From a virus, in the IMG/VR virus record IMGVR_UViG_2791355073_000002, positions 1 to 40,479 of that record: a stretch of DNA of 40,479 nucleotides; one strand, given 5' to 3'. Position 1 is the first letter of the stretch. Each line of letters opens with the position of its first letter. Shown piece after piece: positions 8,997 to 15,234 of the stretch. The notes beneath the pieces are model-generated. The model had not been told where the DNA came from. It saw nothing but the letters and a program-made list of their open reading frames with translations, and did not search any database. The translations under genes were made by a program, and so were the position numbers.

Positions 8997-9291
8997 CGTC
9001 CACCTCCCCGTCCTCGATCAGCGACCATCGGGGGTCACTCGTCAGCGTTGCGACCGTCGACACTATCTCGGCGCCGAACGCTGGTGTCCGCGGGTGGGAG
9101 TTCCCAGTCGCGACGGTGAGCTCGACGTAGTCTTCCTCGACGCGGTCGACGACAGCCGTGAAGCGCGGCTGCGGCTCCCAGAGCGGCACGTCATGCGGCT
9201 CGGGCACGTCCTCGGGGTCGGCCCGGGATTCGTCACAGCGCCACGTCTGGGCTGCCTCGACGACGCCTGCGCGCTCGACGAGGCTAGGCAT
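8986..9291 (-). CDS. Hypothetical protein (101 aa)
   Basis: GGAGG SD; acidic. Confidence 0.75.
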   Translation of the reverse strand: MPSLVERAGVVEAAQTWRCDESRADPEDVPEPHDVPLWEPQPRFTAVVDRVEEDYVELTVATGNSHPRTPAFGAEIVSTVATLTSDPRWSLIEDGEVDDVQ

Positions 9292-9742
9292 CGTCGCCTC
9301 CGTCGAGCTTCCGACGGATACGCTGGATCGTCCCGCGCGCCACCTGCTCCCGGGACGCGCCGGTCATGTCCTCGTCGACGATCGTCCCCTCGACGTCGTT
9401 CAGGACCGTCTCCACGACCTCTCTGCTGATGTCATCCTCGTCGCGAAGCTCGTGGTCGTAGAACGCGGCGTTGAGGTACGGCACCTCGTCGCCGAGGTAT
9501 ACCTGCTCGCCGACGTCGTACGCACGTAGGTCCGGCGCCCAGCCGATCTCCTGACACCACGAGGCGATGGCGTACTTCGCGACTGCCTTCTCGTCGCCGT
9601 CCCACGCGCCGTCGTAGCGCTTGCCCTCGAGGAGCAGCCCGACGAGGTAGTCGATCGGGTTGTCCAGGTCGAGCAACTCGCCGTCGACGGCGCGGCGGAT
9701 CGAGCTTACCGACCGCTCTGACGCCGGTGCGTCCTCAGACAT
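9284..9742 (-). CDS. Hypothetical protein (152 aa)
   Basis: Acidic ORF in operon. Confidence 0.8.
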   Translation of the reverse strand: MSEDAPASERSVSSIRRAVDGELLDLDNPIDYLVGLLLEGKRYDGAWDGDEKAVAKYAIASWCQEIGWAPDLRAYDVGEQVYLGDEVPYLNAAFYDHELRDEDDISREVVETVLNDVEGTIVDEDMTGASREQVARGTIQRIRRKLDGGDDA

Positions 9743-9983
9743 CGTCGCCCTCCGTAGGGTTGTCGACGCCCGGTGGAACCGGCCGCACGCCGCCGTCGCC
9801 GTCGCGACTCTCCCCTTCGACGTCGAACACGTCGTCGGTCGTCTGGTACTCCTCGCGCACGAGCTCGGCGATCTCTTCAGCCTGCTCTTCGTCGCCGTCG
9901 ATCGGCGTCACCGTCACCATCGTCTCGATGCGCCCTTCGTCATCGCGAACAGCAACGTCGAAGCCGCGCTTGGTCCGTCTCAC
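9735..9983 (-). CDS. Hypothetical protein (82 aa)
   Basis: GTGA overlap; GGAGGTG SD. Confidence 0.7.
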   Translation of the reverse strand: MRRTKRGFDVAVRDDEGRIETMVTVTPIDGDEEQAEEIAELVREEYQTTDDVFDVEGESRDGDGGVRPVPPGVDNPTEGDDV

Positions 9984-10348
9984 GCTTCGAACACCTCCGT
10001 CCGGCCGTCGGCCGTGGCGATTCGCGGACTCGCGGAGAGGTGCTGCCCCAGCTGCTCGTCGATCGCCGACCGGTCGACCCAGCCCGGGATCGGCCGCTCG
10101 CCACGGGCGAAGGCGACTCTGAGTCTGTGCTTACAACCCTCTTCGGGCGCCCGGTGGAGCGCGTCCGGACAGTCGCAGGTGTCGGCGATCGCGTCGACGT
10201 GGTAGGTTCCGGTCGGCGTCACGACGAGGAACTCCTCGTCGCGGAGGTCGCCGAACGTCCGGTCGTCGAGGACGGTCATGCTCTCGGTGAGCGCCTTCGC
10301 GGCGCGCGTGCTGAAGTCACGGGTCGGCGCCGGCGCCGCCTTAGACAT
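9980..10348 (-). CDS. SWIM zinc-finger protein (122 aa)
   Basis: YHVD...TCDCPD...GCKH. Confidence 0.88.
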   Translation of the reverse strand: MSKAAPAPTRDFSTRAAKALTESMTVLDDRTFGDLRDEEFLVVTPTGTYHVDAIADTCDCPDALHRAPEEGCKHRLRVAFARGERPIPGWVDRSAIDEQLGQHLSASPRIATADGRTEVFEA

Positions 10349-10742
10349 CGCCGACACCTCCCTCAGCCCAGGCCTGCTCAACGCCGACGACGGCAAGCCC
10401 CCCCGCGGGGAAGTCGTAGTCGCGCAGGTCGGCGAGCTCGTCGAGACTGTCGAGCGAGAGGTCGTTCACGTAGTAGCACTCGTAGGCGGCATCGTCAACC
10501 GACACCGGCAGCCACGGGTGCGGGCCGTAGGTGGCGAGGTCGAAGCCCTCCTGCTCGTAGTAGTCGCCGAGCGTGTCGGCGACCTTCGAGCGGACGAACA
10601 GCAGCTGCCGCGTCACGAGGTCAATCGCGAGGCTGCCCGGGACGGGCTCGGTGCGGACGTCCGCGAGTGCCTCGGCGACGCGATCCTCGTACGGGAGCGT
10701 GGCGTCGTCGAAGTCGGCGTCGATAGCACCCTGTTCAGACAT
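10341..10742 (-). CDS. Hypothetical protein (133 aa)
   Basis: GAGGTGA SD; acidic. Confidence 0.8.
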   Translation of the reverse strand: MSEQGAIDADFDDATLPYEDRVAEALADVRTEPVPGSLAIDLVTRQLLFVRSKVADTLGDYYEQEGFDLATYGPHPWLPVSVDDAAYECYYVNDLSLDSLDELADLRDYDFPAGGLAVVGVEQAWAEGGVGDV

Positions 10743-11211
10743 CGGCAGTCACCTCTTCACCTTCGAACAGCTCGTCGACGTCGGGTAGTGTGCTACCGTA
10801 GTCGACGCCGGCGCGCTCGGCCGGGATCGTATTCCGCGCGAGCCACTGTCGGGCCTCCCACACGGCCGCCCGGAGATCGTCCTCGTCGTGGACGTCGGTC
10901 CACTCGCCGGCGTCCGTCGCGACGAGCTCACAGATCTCGGCGAGGCGCTCGTACTTGCGCTGCTCGATGGCGTACTTCACGTGGCCCGTCGCCTCGTCGA
11001 GGTTGCTCGCGGCGTCGTCGTAGCCGTGCTCGTCTTCCCGCTGCGTACACGCCTCATCGGCGGCGCCGTACGCCGCGGCCAGCTGCCGGAGCTGGTCGTC
11101 CTCTTGGAACCGGTCGTGGATGACGTCGGCGAGCAGCGTGTCGAACGCCTCGACGAACGTCTCCTCATGACGCGAGAGCTCCTTCTGCGCGGTGCGGTTG
11201 AGGTCGCGCAT
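10735..11211 (-). CDS. Hypothetical protein (158 aa)
   Basis: Start re-assigned to MRDLNRT with TGATG coupling. Confidence 0.8.
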   Translation of the reverse strand: MRDLNRTAQKELSRHEETFVEAFDTLLADVIHDRFQEDDQLRQLAAAYGAADEACTQREDEHGYDDAASNLDEATGHVKYAIEQRKYERLAEICELVATDAGEWTDVHDEDDLRAAVWEARQWLARNTIPAERAGVDYGSTLPDVDELFEGEEVTADV

Positions 11212-11519
11212 CAGAACGCACCTCCGAAGACGTCGCGGTTCGTCGGGTTGCGCTCGGTCCAGCCGACCTCGGCGCCGATGTACTCGTGGACGTAGACGTC
11301 GACGGCGTTGCCCATCTCGACGTGGTCGCGAGCGGCGAGCCACGCGGCAAGGTCCGAGCGACGCTCACGGGCGCCCGTCTCAGGGTCGATACGGTGGACG
11401 ACGCCGGCGTCGCGGTCGAGGTGGTGAACGTACCCCTCGGAGTCGATGCCGAGTGCGGTGTGCTGTGCGATCAATCGCGTGTCGGTACGCCTTTCAGCGC
11501 GTGGGTTCGTAGTTGACAT
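11211..11519 (-). CDS. Hypothetical protein (102 aa), first gene of second leftward operon
   Basis: MSTTNPRAE start; LGIDSEGYVHH motif. Confidence 0.8.
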   Translation of the reverse strand: MSTTNPRAERRTDTRLIAQHTALGIDSEGYVHHLDRDAGVVHRIDPETGARERRSDLAAWLAARDHVEMGNAVDVYVHEYIGAEVGWTERNPTNRDVFGGAF

Positions 11520-11696
11520 CGCTGGTGTTTCCAGCACGGTCAGGGGCGCTTGGACGCCCCGGGCCACTTCTGCGGCCACGTCCCGTGCTCAACTCTTACT
11601 TGTATCTCTACCCACTTAATGTTTGCTTTGTCAAGTGTCTATGTCCAATACGTAGTAAACATTTATACCGTCAACGCGCATAGTCAAGTGCGTGCG
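11520..11696. promoter_or_regulatory. Divergent promoter/operator region (switch 2)
   Basis: AT-rich; TTTATA about 30 nt upstream of 11697; GTCAAGTG at 11630-11637 and 11683-11690; hairpins GCTGG/CCAGC (11521-11535) and GGGGCG/CGCCCC (11543-11560). Confidence 0.65.
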
Positions 11697-12047
11697 ATGA
11701 GTGTAACCAGTAACGTGGCACACGACCTCAACGACGCCGACGAGATGATCCTGGACGAGTTGGCAGCGGGCCGGAATCTCCCGCAGAACCTCGCCGACGA
11801 GCTAGGATACTCTCGACAGTACATCCAGAATCGCCTACAGATGCTGAAAGCCGCCGACTACGTAAGCAACGTCGGTGGCGGCCTCTACGAGCTTGTCGAC
11901 GACCCGCGAGACGACGCCGACCAGGAGGACAGCGTCGAGGCGATGAAGCGGCACCTCCTTGCTGCTTGTGAGGCGATCGACAACGACGACCCGGATGAAC
12001 TCTGCCGGCACGTTCGCGAGGGCTGTGAGGCGATCGACGATGACTAA
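11697..12047 (+). CDS. Second winged-HTH repressor-like protein (116 aa) with acidic helical C-terminal extension
   Basis: LNDADEMILDEL...NLADELGYSRQYIQNRLQML...VGGGLYELVDDP. Confidence 0.87.
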   Translation: MSVTSNVAHDLNDADEMILDELAAGRNLPQNLADELGYSRQYIQNRLQMLKAADYVSNVGGGLYELVDDPRDDADQEDSVEAMKRHLLAACEAIDNDDPDELCRHVREGCEAIDDD

Positions 12048-12231
12048 CCCGATCGTCATCGACGAGGACGACCTCGAGGACGTCTACCGCGACCTCGCGG
12101 ACGCGACCGAGGCGGCCGCGACGGGCAACCCGAACGAGTGTGCGTCGAAGGCGGCCGACGCGAAAGAGCGCGTGCTCGAGCTCCACGAGAACGCGACCAC
12201 GTTGGAGGAGATCGGCGCCGTCGACGCGTAG
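12040..12231 (+). CDS. Small helical acidic protein (63 aa)
   Basis: Overlaps repressor end; start re-assigned to MTNPIV. Confidence 0.75.
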   Translation: MTNPIVIDEDDLEDVYRDLADATEAAATGNPNECASKAADAKERVLELHENATTLEEIGAVDA

Positions 12232-12269
12232 TCCATACACTCTTTTCGACTCGCAGCCGACAGCCAGGC

Positions 12270-12425
12270 ATGACCGAGACCTTCGACGTCGAGTGCCCGG
12301 GCTGCGGTGAGACGAAGGGGCCGATCACGACGCACGCCGGCACGGCCGGCATCCACTGCTCGTGTGGCGTCTCTGCGAGCGTCGACATCGAGGCGCAGGC
12401 GATCGGCGACTGGTGGGAGCGGTGA
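12270..12425 (+). CDS. CPxCG-type zinc-finger microprotein (51 aa)
   Basis: CPGCG...HCSCG. Confidence 0.75.
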   Translation: MTETFDVECPGCGETKGPITTHAGTAGIHCSCGVSASVDIEAQAIGDWWER

Positions 12426-12437
12426 AATCACGCACAT

Positions 12438-12965
12438 ATGCCTGCCAAACCAACCTACGAGCCATATAATGGCCTCACGATAACTGCGAACGCTGTTCCA
12501 GAGCCTGCCCCAGTGCTGTGGACCGATTCAGAACCAGTATTCAAAATTACATTCCGGAATTCAGAAGAATCAGACTCGAAGACCAACTGGGAAGCTGGGA
12601 GTTCCATTAGGTTAGTACTCAAGGTGGACGGGGATCCGGTTTGGGACGGTGAAGTCGAGTTTGGACCACTCGATTATGGAGAAGAACAAACAGTAGAAGT
12701 GGACACTGCCCCACTAACTTATGAAGGACATGCTGTACTGGCTGTGGCAGTAGGGGGTGCTAGTGGACTCAATTCAGACCGTCCGACAGAACTTCGCGCA
12801 GGAAGAGGGACCAACACAAACAACGCAATTTACGCGTTTAGTGTGTGGGATAAATCCCATTACGAAGCCACGGTCGGGACACCAAAACGGCTACAGGCTG
12901 CGATTATTGGAACCTCCGTTGTGCTGATCATATTCGCGGCAGTACAGCTGTATGTCGCCCTGTAG
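12438..12965 (+). CDS. Ig-like/CARDB-like beta protein with C-terminal TM anchor, low GC
   Basis: Alternating beta pattern, GPLDYGEEQTVEV; C-terminal AAIIGTSVVLIIFAAVQLYVAL; no N-terminal signal. Confidence 0.8.
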   Translation: MPAKPTYEPYNGLTITANAVPEPAPVLWTDSEPVFKITFRNSEESDSKTNWEAGSSIRLVLKVDGDPVWDGEVEFGPLDYGEEQTVEVDTAPLTYEGHAVLAVAVGGASGLNSDRPTELRAGRGTNTNNAIYAFSVWDKSHYEATVGTPKRLQAAIIGTSVVLIIFAAVQLYVAL

Positions 12966-13053
12966 AGGCACTGGAGATCGGGGATTGGCGGGGACGGTAG
13001 CTACTCTAGTCCGCACAAGACAACTATCGCAAGGTCTCTAATTAAGTACTTAG

Positions 13054-14097
13054 TTAGTGACTAAGACGGGTTTCATCGCCCTCACACATTCTAGAAATCT
13101 GTTCATGGACTTTGTACCCGTTGATCTTTCTGATTTGGCTCTCTCTAATTGGACTTGAAGTTTCTCGAACCATATCTCTTACATCTGCCGGGTCTGGCAG
13201 ACTCGTTGCCTGACCCTTAATTTCTCCAAAAGCCTCTGCGAGAATGCCCGTAACAATTGGGGCTGCGTAACTGGACCCTTCTAGAAAGTCGAGCGTGTCT
13301 TCAGTCGTGTCTGGATAGATAACTGGTGCCGCGACATCGGGTTTCCCATTTTTCGCACGCGGGTTGGCCCACCAGCTAGCGTCTGTTTGTTTTGACAGAC
13401 AGCTACTGCCGTCACACCCGTTGTAGCCGCAGAAAACACCGTCTGCCAGTTGACTTACTGAATCGGTTTCTATATCGAGGTAGTATGGTCCGGAGTTCGG
13501 CCTGTCGTGAATATCTGATTTTGATTGCGGACAGTGTGTGACAAACCCGTTTACTGCAATCACATCGCCGACAACAGCTGGAACATGTACTGGTAACTCC
13601 CCTTGCTCTGTTTCGTCATTTCCTGCTGCAGCGACAATTGTGATCCCGGCGTCAATCGCTTCCTGTGTTTTCTTATAAAGTGGATGGGCGTACACTGGTA
13701 CATCCCATGAATCTCCAATAGAAACGTTGAGAATATCAACACCGTCGGAAATGGCGGCATCAATGGCATCGTGGTACGGGCCGACCCCTAGATCTCCATT
13801 TGAATCGATCACCTGATAGAGACTAACTGTCGTGTATGGGGCATACTGTTGGATTAGATCATATACTCGAGTTGCGTGTGGTGTTGTAAGATACTCGTCC
13901 GACTCGATAAAACTCCGCTCGTGTTCTATTGGAGTCGATGCGTCTTCAGTACCTGGTAACGTTTGGGCAGAGTCGAGTATACCGACATGGACTCCGCTTC
14001 CACCTTCCCCAACAGAAATGGCATTAGTACTTTCTTGGTGAGCGCGGAAAATAAACTGACAATATTCCTCTGCCGATGGGACCCATTCAGGCAGCAC
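13054..14097 (-). CDS. S8 (subtilisin-family) serine peptidase lacking signal and propeptide
   Basis: VGILDS (D42), PHATRV (H74), AAAGND (N160), GSSYAAP (S276); GTG start. Confidence 0.9.
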   Translation of the reverse strand: MLPEWVPSAEEYCQFIFRAHQESTNAISVGEGGSGVHVGILDSAQTLPGTEDASTPIEHERSFIESDEYLTTPHATRVYDLIQQYAPYTTVSLYQVIDSNGDLGVGPYHDAIDAAISDGVDILNVSIGDSWDVPVYAHPLYKKTQEAIDAGITIVAAAGNDETEQGELPVHVPAVVGDVIAVNGFVTHCPQSKSDIHDRPNSGPYYLDIETDSVSQLADGVFCGYNGCDGSSCLSKQTDASWWANPRAKNGKPDVAAPVIYPDTTEDTLDFLEGSSYAAPIVTGILAEAFGEIKGQATSLPDPADVRDMVRETSSPIRESQIRKINGYKVHEQISRMCEGDETRLSH

Positions 14098-14102
14098 GGA
14101 CG

Positions 14103-14369
14103 TTACTGGAGGATTTCAGCTTCACCATCTGGGGAAGCGGATCGGATCCCAGGCAGGGTAACAACATCCCCGACTTGCTCTTCTAAGCTGTCGAGGATGA
14201 GGACCCCTGTATCAAGGCTGCGGGTTAACTCAACACCTGGCATCCCAGAGATACGGTCCAAAATCTCGGAGATTTTACTCTCATCCACCACAAGTACCAG
14301 AGTTATGTGCTCACCAGTAGCTGGGTTCGCACGCACCCCCTCAATGTCTGGGTGGATGTGAGTTTCCAT
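14103..14369 (-). CDS. Stand-alone subtilase propeptide/inhibitor I9-like protein (88 aa)
   Basis: Beta-alpha-beta-beta-alpha-beta pattern ending LPGIRSASPDGEAEIL (cf. I9 consensus PxVxxVExDxxV); 5 nt upstream of the S8 gene in a different frame. Confidence 0.65.
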   Translation of the reverse strand: METHIHPDIEGVRANPATGEHITLVLVVDESKISEILDRISGMPGVELTRSLDTGVLILDSLEEQVGDVVTLPGIRSASPDGEAEILQ

Positions 14370-14371
14370 TA

Positions 14372-14387
14372 CGTTAACTAGTTAACG
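14372..14387. promoter_or_regulatory. Perfect 16-bp palindrome CGTTAACTAGTTAACG, candidate operator
   Basis: Directly visible; 2 nt upstream of the 88-aa gene ATG. Confidence 0.5.
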
Positions 14388-14446
14388 CGCCTCTGTAATG
14401 TAATCTTCGCATAGATATCCATAGGGGTTTCACCGATCAACGGCAG

Positions 14447-15094
14447 TCATTGCCGTTTTACTCGGCTCAAACCACCCCCACCACTCGCGAACAGCGACGC
14501 GACCTCACGGACACCCTCCTCAGCTGACCAGCCCTCGCCGCGGTAGTGCCGGACGGGCGCCCGCCACGCTGACCGTTCGTAGTGCGCCCAGAGACATGTC
14601 TGTCGGCCGCCTGCCGCCGGCGTGAGCCGGACGTGGTACTGCCACATCCCAAAGAAGCCCTCGGGCCGGTACGCATACGAGCCGACCTCCCAGACGCGCT
14701 CGCCGGCGACGACGTCGAACTGGATCGACGCGAGTGTGTTCGGGTACACTCTCGACATTGACCGGAGCTCGGCGCGGACCTCGGCGGGCGGCGCGTCGAT
14801 CGTCCCGACGAGCGTCCGCGCGTTGAGCTGGAGGCCGGTCTTCTCAGGGAGGGCGTCGGCCGCGGCCTCGAGGTCGACGCCGACGTGGTCGTCGACGGCG
14901 TCGAGCTCCTCGTCGTAGTCGCCGTCGGCGAGGCGGTCGAGTACAGGGAGGACGACCCGCCGGGCCCGCCACAGGTCGGGCCACTGACCGAGGTAGCGCT
15001 GCGCGACCAGGAAGAGCGCGAGCCCGAGCGCCGACGCGATCAGCTGGGCGTGTTCGAGAGCGATGCGACTCAGAGTGTCGATGGTCGTGGTCAT
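14447..15094 (-). CDS. Hypothetical protein with N-terminal signal anchor (215 aa), end of tail module
   Basis: N-terminal hydrophobic helix; C-terminal QYHVRL...AHYE...RHY motif. Confidence 0.85.
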   Translation of the reverse strand: MTTTIDTLSRIALEHAQLIASALGLALFLVAQRYLGQWPDLWRARRVVLPVLDRLADGDYDEELDAVDDHVGVDLEAAADALPEKTGLQLNARTLVGTIDAPPAEVRAELRSMSRVYPNTLASIQFDVVAGERVWEVGSYAYRPEGFFGMWQYHVRLTPAAGGRQTCLWAHYERSAWRAPVRHYRGEGWSAEEGVREVASLFASGGGGLSRVKRQ

Positions 15095-15234
15095 GAATAG
15101 GGTGCGCTGATGGCCTCACGCCCGCCGCGCGGAGCGGGCGCTCATCGGTCGCAAAGCGATCGAAACCGTTAGTAATCAACTCCAAAAACGCCCGACTGCG
15201 GTGTCAGAGGCACTCGGTCTCCATACCCCTTTGA

